Part shown: piece by piece, positions 21,712 through 29,660 of the stretch
How positions within the stretch are numbered: position 1 is the stretch's first letter
Layout: every line of letters starts with the position of its first letter
DNA from: Acidobacteriota bacterium
GTDB lineage: Bacteria; Actinomycetota; Acidimicrobiia; Acidimicrobiales; RAAP-2
Reading direction: 5' to 3'
Assembly: GCA_019352095.1 (NCBI GenBank)
Contig: JABBNY010000001.1
Location: 24,122 to 78,041 of the forward strand
DNA: 53,920 bases
Translations under genes and position numbers: made by a program
Notes under the pieces: model-generated
What the model was told of the DNA's origin: nothing
The model's database searches: none
What the model saw: only the letters and a program-made list of their open reading frames with translations

Positions 21712-23136
21712 ATGACTTCATTTGAACAGGTCCACGAACGACTCGACCAGGTAGCCCGTCTGGCGAACCCCCTCGCGCGCGCGTTCGCCGCTCAAGGTTT
21801 TTCGCTCTACGCCGTGGGGGGGTCGATTCGTGACGCCGTACTGGGCCAGGAGCGGGGCGATGACTACGAAATCGACTTCACGACCAATGCCCGCCCCGAC
21901 GACATTGCGCGTTTGATGGCGCCATTGTGCCCCACGCTCTGGGAGCAGGGTCGGGCCTTTGGCACGATCGGAGGGATCCTGCGAGAGAACGGCGTCAAAG
22001 TGGAGATCACCACCTTTCGCTCTGAGGCGTACGTCGACCATTCGCGCAAACCCGCCGTCGAGTGGGGTGATTCGCTCGAAGCGGACCTGAGTCGACGCGA
22101 CTTCACCATCAATGCCTTGGCGCTCGACGTGGTGGCCCTGAACGAGCACACGCCCGACGTCCAGACTCTTTTTGACTTCCACAACGGCTTTCGCGATCTG
22201 CACGAAGGGGTGCTGCGCACGCCCATTGATCCCGAGGTCCTGTTCAGCGACGATCCACTGAGAATGTTGCGGGCCGCTCGCTTCGCCGCTCGCTTCAACT
22301 TGACCATCGATCCCGCGATCGAGACGGCGACGAAGAAGGTTGCGGGTTCGCTCACCAAGGTTTCACCCGAGCGTATCCGAGGCGAACTCGACCTACTCAT
22401 GATGACGCTCCAGCCTTCAGTGGGGCTCGACTTCATCGTGCGAACCGGTCTGGCTGACCACTTTTTTCCAGAACTCCCGAAGCTTCAGTTGGAACAGGAC
22501 CCGATCCATCACCACAAGGATGTCCTCAAGCACACCTGGGCGGTCGTCGACAAGACGTCGCCGCATCTCGTTCTTCGACTCGCCGCGCTCTTTCACGACA
22601 TCGGCAAGCCCCAGACGCGCTCGATCAGCGAGGAGGGCGTGACGTTTCGATTTCACGAAATTGTGGGCGCCAAGATGACGAGAAAACGTATGACCGCGCT
22701 CAAGTACTCACAAGACATGATCGATCAGGTGTCCACCTTGGTGGAACTTCACTTGCGCTTTCATACCTACAAGATGGGCTGGAGTGACAAGGCGGTACGA
22801 CGCTACGTTCGAGATGCGGGCCCCCTGCTCGATGAACTGAACGAACTAACCCGGTGTGATTCGACGACGCGCAATGTGCGTAAAGCCGCCGTGTTGGCAC
22901 AACGCATGGACGAACTTGAAGTACGTATTGCCGAGCTTCGTGAGCAGGAGGACTTAAACCGGTTGCGACCAGCGCTCGATGGCGTGGCGGTGATGGAGAT
23001 ACTCGGCATCAGTCCGAGTCGCGTCGTGGGTGAGGCCCTCGACTTCCTGATGGAGATTCGACTCGATGAGGGTGAAATCACGCCCACTGAAGCCGCCGTG
23101 CGTCTTCGTGAATGGTGGCATGACCGTACAACGTGA
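21712..23136 (+). CDS. CCA tRNA nucleotidyltransferase with HD domain
   Basis: VGGSIRD, DFTT, RRDFTINA, DDPLRMLRAARF, LFHDIGKP. Confidence 0.93.
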   Translation: MTSFEQVHERLDQVARLANPLARAFAAQGFSLYAVGGSIRDAVLGQERGDDYEIDFTTNARPDDIARLMAPLCPTLWEQGRAFGTIGGILRENGVKVEITTFRSEAYVDHSRKPAVEWGDSLEADLSRRDFTINALALDVVALNEHTPDVQTLFDFHNGFRDLHEGVLRTPIDPEVLFSDDPLRMLRAARFAARFNLTIDPAIETATKKVAGSLTKVSPERIRGELDLLMMTLQPSVGLDFIVRTGLADHFFPELPKLQLEQDPIHHHKDVLKHTWAVVDKTSPHLVLRLAALFHDIGKPQTRSISEEGVTFRFHEIVGAKMTRKRMTALKYSQDMIDQVSTLVELHLRFHTYKMGWSDKAVRRYVRDAGPLLDELNELTRCDSTTRNVRKAAVLAQRMDELEVRIAELREQEDLNRLRPALDGVAVMEILGISPSRVVGEALDFLMEIRLDEGEITPTEAAVRLREWWHDRTT

Positions 23137-23166
23137 AAACCCCCCGCCTCTCGGCGGGGGGTTTTT
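23136..23166. terminator. Bidirectional intrinsic terminator
   Basis: AAAACCCCCCGCC-TCTC-GGCGGGGGGTTTTT between convergent genes. Confidence 0.9.
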
Positions 23167-23180
23167 GAGCGTACGACCGA

Positions 23181-24275
23181 TTAAGGCCAGACGAGGTTGT
23201 CCGCGCCCTGGTTCGCGAACTCATCGACCATGTTGTGCGCGATGTCGTCGTGGAACTGGATCGGAGGCGACTTCATGAAGTACGCCGAGGGTCCAATGAT
23301 TGGGCCACCGATACCGCGGTCGAGCGCTACCTTCGCACATCGCACGGCGTCGATGATGACCCCGGCAGAGTTCGGGGAGTCCCACACTTCGAGCTTGAGC
23401 TCGACGTTGAGCGGGACGTCGCCAAAGTTACGGCCCTCCATGCGGATGTAGGCCCACTTGCGGTCGTGCAACCACGGCACGTGGTCGCTTGGTCCGATGT
23501 GCACGTCATCGGCACCCATGTTGCTGATCTCCAATTGTGAGGTCACAGCCTGGGTCTTTGAGATCTTCTTGGACTCGAGACGCTCTCGATCGAGCATGTT
23601 CTTGAAGTCCATGTTCCCACCAACGTTGAGTTGGTAGGTGTGGTCAAGTGTGAGACCACGGTCTTCGAACAAGCGGGCCAGGACTCGGTGAACGATGGTT
23701 GCGCCGACCTGACTCTTGATGTCGTCACCGATGATCGGCACCTTGGCGTCGCTGAATTTGCGAGCCCATTCGGGGTCCGATGCGATGAAGACGGGAATGG
23801 CGTTCACGAACGCCACGCCGGCGTCGATGGCCGCTTGGGCGTAGAAGCGCTGCGCGTCTTCTGAGCCAACGGGCAGATAGGAGACCAGTACTTCGGCTCT
23901 CGCATCACGAAGGGCCTGGACGACGTCGACGGGTTCCGCCGGGGATTCCTCAATTGAGGCACGGTAGTACTTGTTGAGTCCGTCCATGGTCGGACCGCGA
24001 AGAACGGTGACGCCCAGTGACGGCACGTCGGCAAACTTGATCGTGTTGTTCTGGCCCCCGTCGATGGCCTTACCCAGATCGTTCCCGACCTTGGAGGCGT
24101 CGACGTCGAAGGCGGCGACGAACTCGAGATCGCTCACGTGGTATCCACCGAGGACAACGTGCATCAGACCGGGGACGTCGTCGCCCGGCTTGGCGTCGCG
24201 ATAATACGTGACGCCTTGAATGAGTGAACTGGCGCAGTTTCCGACGCCGGCGATGGCCACACGAATCTTCTCCAT
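23181..24275 (-). CDS. ino1: myo-inositol-1-phosphate synthase
   Basis: [39 protein letters not shown]. Confidence 0.96.
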   Translation of the reverse strand: MEKIRVAIAGVGNCASSLIQGVTYYRDAKPGDDVPGLMHVVLGGYHVSDLEFVAAFDVDASKVGNDLGKAIDGGQNNTIKFADVPSLGVTVLRGPTMDGLNKYYRASIEESPAEPVDVVQALRDARAEVLVSYLPVGSEDAQRFYAQAAIDAGVAFVNAIPVFIASDPEWARKFSDAKVPIIGDDIKSQVGATIVHRVLARLFEDRGLTLDHTYQLNVGGNMDFKNMLDRERLESKKISKTQAVTSQLEISNMGADDVHIGPSDHVPWLHDRKWAYIRMEGRNFGDVPLNVELKLEVWDSPNSAGVIIDAVRCAKVALDRGIGGPIIGPSAYFMKSPPIQFHDDIAHNMVDEFANQGADNLVWP

Positions 24276-24287
24276 GGCTCTCCTTTC

Positions 24288-24911
24288 CTACTTCGCCTCT
24301 CGCGCGAAGGTTTGCTGGTTACTACGTTCGGTGGTCAACAAACTGTCAATCCACGCGAGGTCCAACTCGACGCCCTTGGCGGCATGATCCATCACGCTGC
24401 GCGCGTAGGTATCGAGTTGTTCGTTATCGGCACCCGCACGCACTTCGGCGAGTCGTCCAACGAGATCGGCCCTGCGTCGTTCGAGCAAACCGACTCGAAG
24501 GTTGGGTGTGAGGTACTTGGCGAGCGCCATACGCAGGGAAAAGTTCTTACTGTCATCGAGGGTGGCGGGGTCCGCAAGCAGACGAACGAATTCGAGACGA
24601 CCCTGTTCGGTGATGCGATAGACCTTGCGACCGCGCCGACCGATGCCGGGCGTGGCGCGAAGCGACCGTAGCGACGCGCGTTCGCCCGAAAGCGAACCCG
24701 TCGAGAGCGAGCTCGCCCGCGGCTCACTGGTGGTGACGGCTTCCACGAAGCCGTAGCGCTCTAAGCGCGCGAGGGCCGGGTAGATAGAACCAAAGGAAAC
24801 ATTGGCCCAAACGCCTAAACGGTCCCGCAATTGCGAGCGAACCTCGTAGCCGTGATGATCACGGTCCATCAGGAGGCCAAGTATGGCGATGTCCAACACG
24901 CGATTAATCAT
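24288..24911 (-). CDS. PadR family transcriptional regulator (Rv0047c-like)
   Basis: LDIAILGLL..HGYE..SFGSIYPALARL..RKVYRIT; directly upstream of ino1. Confidence 0.9.
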   Translation of the reverse strand: MINRVLDIAILGLLMDRDHHGYEVRSQLRDRLGVWANVSFGSIYPALARLERYGFVEAVTTSEPRASSLSTGSLSGERASLRSLRATPGIGRRGRKVYRITEQGRLEFVRLLADPATLDDSKNFSLRMALAKYLTPNLRVGLLERRRADLVGRLAEVRAGADNEQLDTYARSVMDHAAKGVELDLAWIDSLLTTERSNQQTFAREAK

Positions 24912-24930
24912 ATCACTTCGATATATCGAA
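24910..24930. promoter_or_regulatory. Candidate PadR operator
   Basis: Perfect palindrome TTCGATATATCGAA 24917-24930 overlapping ATATC-N5-GATAT 24910-24924 at the padR start. Confidence 0.55.
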
Positions 24931-24985
24931 CGTGACGGAAACGTGGTCCTTCCAAATTTGGATGCGGCGGGTAGTCTCACCCCTA

Positions 24986-25414
24986 ATGGATAAGACGTTT
25001 CGCACCAGCACCGCTGACGGAGCCGTGGTCGAGTTCGGTCTCGTACGTCACGCCCTGCTCGCAAAGTTGGCGGCGGGGACCCTACGTCACTCTGATGTGT
25101 GCGATGCGCATCCAGAACTCATGCGCGCGGCGAAGAATATCGGCCGCTCGACCGGTGAGACCTGTCCGGTATGCACTGATGCGGAACTCGTCGAGGTCAC
25201 GTACGTCTTTGGCGCGCGTCTGCCCGCGGGAGGGACGTGTCCGACTTCACGTCAAGAGCTCTTGAAACTGGAGCGTCGAGAAGAGCCCGTGCAGTGCTAC
25301 GCGGTTGAAGTGTGCGTGGCGTGTGCCTTCCACCACCTCGTTCGCAAGTGGTCCGCCGGAGGTCGTCGGGCCCGGCGCGCTCCGGTCCGCCAGCAGCGAA
25401 AGGTTGGCGAATGA
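24986..25414 (+). CDS. DUF5318 family protein (Rv0049-like)
   Basis: DVCDAHPELMRAA, CPVC, VEVCVACAFHHL; divergent from padR. Confidence 0.85.
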   Translation: MDKTFRTSTADGAVVEFGLVRHALLAKLAAGTLRHSDVCDAHPELMRAAKNIGRSTGETCPVCTDAELVEVTYVFGARLPAGGTCPTSRQELLKLERREEPVQCYAVEVCVACAFHHLVRKWSAGGRRARRAPVRQQRKVGE

Positions 25415-26232
25415 CGCTGAGTGCACCACAGATTCGCAGTCGCAAACGGCGAAACGGTGGGGCTCCGTTGGTGATGGTCACCGCGTACGACGAGCCCGGG
25501 GCCCGTTACGCCGACGCGGCGGGCGTTGACATGATTCTGGTGGGCGACTCGTTGGCGAACGTGGTGATGGGACAGCCCGACACACTGCACGTGAGCGTCG
25601 ATGACATGTGTCATCACGTTCGAGCGGTCGCCGCCGCGACGCCCCAGGCCCACATCGTGGCCGATATGCCGTGGTTGAGTTATCACGTCGAACTCGCCGA
25701 CAGCGTGCGTAACGCCGCAGCGCTCGTGAGGGCGGGTGCGCACAGCGTAAAGCTCGAGGGTGGCCGAGTTCGTCGAGAGGTCGTACGCGCAATCTTGGAT
25801 GCGGAGATTCCCGTGGTGGGCCATCTCGGGCTCACCCCCCAGAGCGTGCTGAGCTTTGGTGGCTTCAAGGTCCAGGCCAAGACACGCGCGGCCGCGGAGT
25901 GGCTGATCAAGGACGCAACCCTCCTCCAGGACGAGGGCGTGTACGCCGTCGTGATCGAAGGTGTGCCCAGCGTTGTTGGCACGAAGGTGACTGAGGCGCT
26001 CGAGATACCGACCATTGGCATCGGTGCGGGTCCAGATACTGACGGTCAAGTACTCGTGTTTCACGACCTGCTGGGGATGTCAAAGCGAAAGCCCGCCAAG
26101 TTCGTTCGCCAGTATGCTGACCTAGGTTCCCTGATCACAACCGCTATCAGTGAGTACGCACACGACGTGCGTGAAGGGGCGTTCCCCGGACCCGGTGAGG
26201 CGTATGACAGCCCTGAGGGACTCTTCGACTAG
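25411..26232 (+). CDS. panB: 3-methyl-2-oxobutanoate hydroxymethyltransferase
   Basis: MVTAYD, ILVGDS, VKLEGG, GHLGLTPQS, IGIGAG..DGQVLVFHDLLG; ATGA overlap. Confidence 0.96.
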   Translation: MTLSAPQIRSRKRRNGGAPLVMVTAYDEPGARYADAAGVDMILVGDSLANVVMGQPDTLHVSVDDMCHHVRAVAAATPQAHIVADMPWLSYHVELADSVRNAAALVRAGAHSVKLEGGRVRREVVRAILDAEIPVVGHLGLTPQSVLSFGGFKVQAKTRAAAEWLIKDATLLQDEGVYAVVIEGVPSVVGTKVTEALEIPTIGIGAGPDTDGQVLVFHDLLGMSKRKPAKFVRQYADLGSLITTAISEYAHDVREGAFPGPGEAYDSPEGLFD

Positions 26233-26289
26233 CCGAAATCGGCGTCGTGCACTAGAGTTGTCTTTCCCACAAGCGTGGGAAGCAGCAAA

Positions 26290-26345
26290 TGAACCCTGCT
26301 CTGTTTTCCGCAGAGCCCGGCCTGGCCGGACCAGAGGGAAAGGAA
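26290..26345 (+). promoter_or_regulatory. Structured rpsF leader, candidate S6:S18 autoregulatory RNA
   Basis: Hairpins GCTCTG/CAGAGC and CCGGC/GCCGG enclosed by CCCT/AGGG next to the SD; identity inferred from position only. Confidence 0.35.
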
Positions 26346-26351
26346 ACGGCC

Positions 26352-26672
26352 ATGAGGCCCTATGAAACCATGATTGTGTTCGACACTGCAGTCGACGCAC
26401 AAGCCATCCAGATTGCTCTCGACCGAGCATTGGAGACCATCCGGACAAACGAAGGAAACCCGGGCGCCATCGACCGTTGGGGGAAGCGTCCCTTGGCGTA
26501 CGAGATCAACAAGCGCAAAGAGGGTTACTACGTTCTGGTGGAATTCAGTGGCGAATCGACGACGGTGGTTGAGCTCGATCGAATTCTGACCCTTTCAGAC
26601 GAAGTCCTTCGCTTCAAGATTCTTCGACGCAACGAGCGAGCGAGCGCCAGCCGTGTTACGGCTCAAGCGTAA
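26352..26672 (+). CDS. rpsF: 30S ribosomal protein S6
   Basis: MRPYETMIV, WGKRPLAYEI. Confidence 0.96.
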   Translation: MRPYETMIVFDTAVDAQAIQIALDRALETIRTNEGNPGAIDRWGKRPLAYEINKRKEGYYVLVEFSGESTTVVELDRILTLSDEVLRFKILRRNERASASRVTAQA

Positions 26673-26704
26673 GTTCGGACGCTTAGCGAATCTAAGGAGA
26701 AGAA

Positions 26705-27160
26705 ATGGCTGACAACACCATTACCGTCGTCGGAAACGTCACTCGTGACCCCGAACTCAAGTTCTTGAACAGTGGGCAAGCGGCACTGCGACTTTCGATC
26801 GCGGTCAACCGACGCTGGCAGAACCGCCAGACCCAAGAGTGGGAAGAGCGCGTCTCATATTTCGAGGTCGTTGGCTACGGTGCCATGGCCGAGAACGTCG
26901 CCAACTCCGTGCAGAAGGGCGCTCGAGTCATCGTGACCGGCCGTCTGGAGCAGCGAAGTTGGGAGACCGAGAACGGCGACAAGCGCTCGATCGTTGAGAT
27001 CAATGCCGACGAGATCGCCCCCTCACTTCGTTACGCCACCGCCGTTGTCACCAAGACGCCACGCGCCGAAGGTGGCAATTTTCAATCCAATGACCGACCA
27101 GCCGCTGCACCGCGCTCGAATGAGCCAAGCACCTACGCATTTGATGAGGAGCCTTTCTAA
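26705..27160 (+). CDS. ssb: Single-stranded DNA-binding protein
   Basis: [12 protein letters not shown] fold, C-terminal DEEPF. Confidence 0.97.
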   Translation: MADNTITVVGNVTRDPELKFLNSGQAALRLSIAVNRRWQNRQTQEWEERVSYFEVVGYGAMAENVANSVQKGARVIVTGRLEQRSWETENGDKRSIVEINADEIAPSLRYATAVVTKTPRAEGGNFQSNDRPAAAPRSNEPSTYAFDEEPF

Positions 27161-27600
27161 TGCCACGTATTAACAATCCCAAGCCACCAAAGCGCGCGCC
27201 CAAGATCGACACCCGTCGCGGAGCGAAGAAGAAGCCCTGTTCCTTCTGCCAGCACGGTGTAGGCACCGTTGACTACAAGGACCTCGCGCAGCTTCGTAAG
27301 TACATCTCCGATCGCGGCAAGATTCGCGGTCGCAAGGTGTCGGGGAACTGCCAGCAACACCAACGTGACGTCACCGACGCCATCAAGACGGCGCGTGAAC
27401 TGGCGCTGCTGCCCTACACGCAGCGCACCGTTACCGAGCGTCGTGGTGGACGTGGTAATCGTGACGACCGCGGCCCGCGCGGCCCGCGACCTGAGCGTGA
27501 CAACGCCGAGGCCGATGTCGAGTCCAATGTCTTGCTCGAAGACGCTGGTGAGGCTGCAGAAGTGTTTGAGACCGAGCTCGCCGAGGAGGTTAGCGAATGA
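27160..27600 (+). CDS. rpsR: 30S ribosomal protein S18 (Zn-binding type) with long C-terminal extension
   Basis: [35 protein letters not shown]. Confidence 0.95.
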   Translation: MPRINNPKPPKRAPKIDTRRGAKKKPCSFCQHGVGTVDYKDLAQLRKYISDRGKIRGRKVSGNCQQHQRDVTDAIKTARELALLPYTQRTVTERRGGRGNRDDRGPRGPRPERDNAEADVESNVLLEDAGEAAEVFETELAEEVSE

Positions 27601-28043
27601 AAGTCCTACTACGAAGCGACGTCGTTGGAGTGGGGCGCCGTGGCGACATTGTCGATGTGAAGTCAGGGTACGCCCGAAACTTCCTGCTGCCCACGGGCGC
27701 TGCCCTGAAGGCGAATGAGACCATGGAGATCCAAGCCGCGTCGATGCGCAAGGCTCGAGATATTCGTGACGCACAGAGTCGAGGCGCCGCTGAGACCCAG
27801 CGCGCAATCATCGAGCAGGCAACAATCACGGTGGCGGCACGTGCGGGGGCCAACGGGCGACTGTTCGGCTCGGTCACCGAGGCTGACATCGTGAATGCGA
27901 TTCGTACCGCGACCAACATCTCGTTGGATCGCCACATGATTGTCATGGCTGAGCACTTGAAAGAAGTCGGCGCAGCCACGCTCAGCGTGAACCTATTCGA
28001 CGGGGTCGTTGCCACGGTCAACGTGGATGTCGTAGCCAAGTAA
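27597..28043 (+). CDS. rplI: 50S ribosomal protein L9
   Basis: [20 protein letters not shown]. Confidence 0.96.
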   Translation: MKVLLRSDVVGVGRRGDIVDVKSGYARNFLLPTGAALKANETMEIQAASMRKARDIRDAQSRGAAETQRAIIEQATITVAARAGANGRLFGSVTEADIVNAIRTATNISLDRHMIVMAEHLKEVGAATLSVNLFDGVVATVNVDVVAK

Positions 28044-28065
28044 GAACTATCAACGCTGTAGTGGT

Positions 28066-28094
28066 ACTGCCGGAGCCTTGTGCTCCGGCAGTTT
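28066..28094 (+). terminator. Terminator-like hairpin after rplI
   Basis: ACTGCCGGAGC-CTTGT-GCTCCGGCAGT followed by TT. Confidence 0.7.
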
Positions 28095-28200
28095 CCATGT
28101 CACAGCCCTGTGCAAGGTTTGTACGAAGTTAGGCACAGGATTTTCCCCATGTTGTTGTTCTAGCGACGCACAGCAGATATCGGCAACCGTTGAGGTTCTT

Positions 28201-29568
28201 ATGACGCAGATTGAAATTGAACGAAGTCGACCATCGTCGGGTGGAGGACGAATTCCACCCAGTGCCATTGAAGTGGAGGAATCGCTCATCGGCGCCATGC
28301 TGCTTTCCCAAGAGGCAGTGAGCGTTGCCTACGAGACCGTGCAGGCAGAAGACTTCTATAGACCGCTCCATGGTCAGATCTTCAGCGCCATCGTGGCGTT
28401 GGCAAACGCGGGTGAACCGGTTGACTACGTGACCGTGCAAGCCAAGCTGCAGGAGCGAGGTGCGGTTGCGGTCGAGCTCGGAGTGTTGTCATCGTTACAG
28501 ATGAACACGCCTTCGGCGTCGAGCGCGCAGCACTACGCCGAGATTGTGCGCGAGAAGGCACAACAGCGTCGCCTGATCGCGGTGGCGGGAGAGATCGTTG
28601 ACGACGCGTACGTGGCCACCGATGACGTGGTTGGACTCATCGATGAGGCCGAGCGCAAGATCAACGAGATCGGCGACAGTCGCAAGATCGACACCGTGTC
28701 GCCCCTGCAGCGACTCTTGTTGAATGAAGCGGACATCCTCGAGCAGCGCGGTGAGACCCGTGGCCAGTTCAACGGCCTCGAAACGGGGTACAAGTCACTC
28801 GACCTCGTCCTGCAAGGGCTCCAACCGAACAGTCTCACGATTGTTGGTGCGCGGCCCGCTATGGGTAAGACCGCGTTCGCGTTGGGGATCCTGGTGCACG
28901 TCGGTGCCGTTGTACAGCGCCCGGCACTGTTCTTCTCGCTTGAGATGAGTCGCCAGGAACTCGCCGAGCGCATCCTTGCGTCAACCGCGCGCATCGATTC
29001 GTCACGACTTCGAACCGGAGACCTCAGTGATGCCGACTGGAACAGAGCGCACGAGGCGTTTGGTTACCTGCAATCCGCCAAGGTCTTCATCGATGACAAC
29101 CCCAGTCTTACGGTGATGGATGTTCGCGCGCGAGCACGCCGCATCAAACAGCAGAACGGCGATCTCGGCGTCGTGATCATTGACTACCTGCAATTGATGA
29201 GCTCGCGCGGACGGGCCGAGAATCGCCAGGTAGAGGTGTCTGAGATGAGTCGCTCGCTCAAGATCCTGGCCCGCGAACTGGGCTGTCCGGTGATCGCCCT
29301 CTCGCAGCTCTCGCGAAAGCTCGAAGAGCGCGCGGACAAGCGACCGATGATGAGCGATTTACGCGAATCGGGTTCGCTGGAACAGGACGCAGACGTGGTG
29401 CTTTTCCTGTTTCGTCCCGAACAGTATGGCGAAGTGGCCAACGATAAGAAGTCCGAGGCGGAGGTGATCGTCGGCAAGAACCGAAACGGTCCTACGCGCA
29501 CGGCGCACTTGACCTGGCGAGGCGAGTTCGCACGCTTTGACAACGTCGCCGAAGCCAGAGAGATCTAA
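28201..29568 (+). CDS. dnaB: Replicative DNA helicase
   Basis: GARPAMGKT, FFSLEMS, IDYLQLM, LSQLSR, DLRESGSLEQDAD, KNRNGP; no intein; ATG 28201 after GAGG. Confidence 0.97.
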   Translation: MTQIEIERSRPSSGGGRIPPSAIEVEESLIGAMLLSQEAVSVAYETVQAEDFYRPLHGQIFSAIVALANAGEPVDYVTVQAKLQERGAVAVELGVLSSLQMNTPSASSAQHYAEIVREKAQQRRLIAVAGEIVDDAYVATDDVVGLIDEAERKINEIGDSRKIDTVSPLQRLLLNEADILEQRGETRGQFNGLETGYKSLDLVLQGLQPNSLTIVGARPAMGKTAFALGILVHVGAVVQRPALFFSLEMSRQELAERILASTARIDSSRLRTGDLSDADWNRAHEAFGYLQSAKVFIDDNPSLTVMDVRARARRIKQQNGDLGVVIIDYLQLMSSRGRAENRQVEVSEMSRSLKILARELGCPVIALSQLSRKLEERADKRPMMSDLRESGSLEQDADVVLFLFRPEQYGEVANDKKSEAEVIVGKNRNGPTRTAHLTWRGEFARFDNVAEAREI

Positions 29569-29660
29569 TCGTTCGCGCCCAAATGGCGACGGTCGGCCAG
29601 ATATAGGGCGATTACTGACATCATCTAGAGTTGCCTCGATACACAAACGCTAGGCGGAAC

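Noticed and set aside
28201-29568. Inteins in DnaB, GyrA or GyrB
   Set aside because: Lengths are normal and conserved motifs are contiguous
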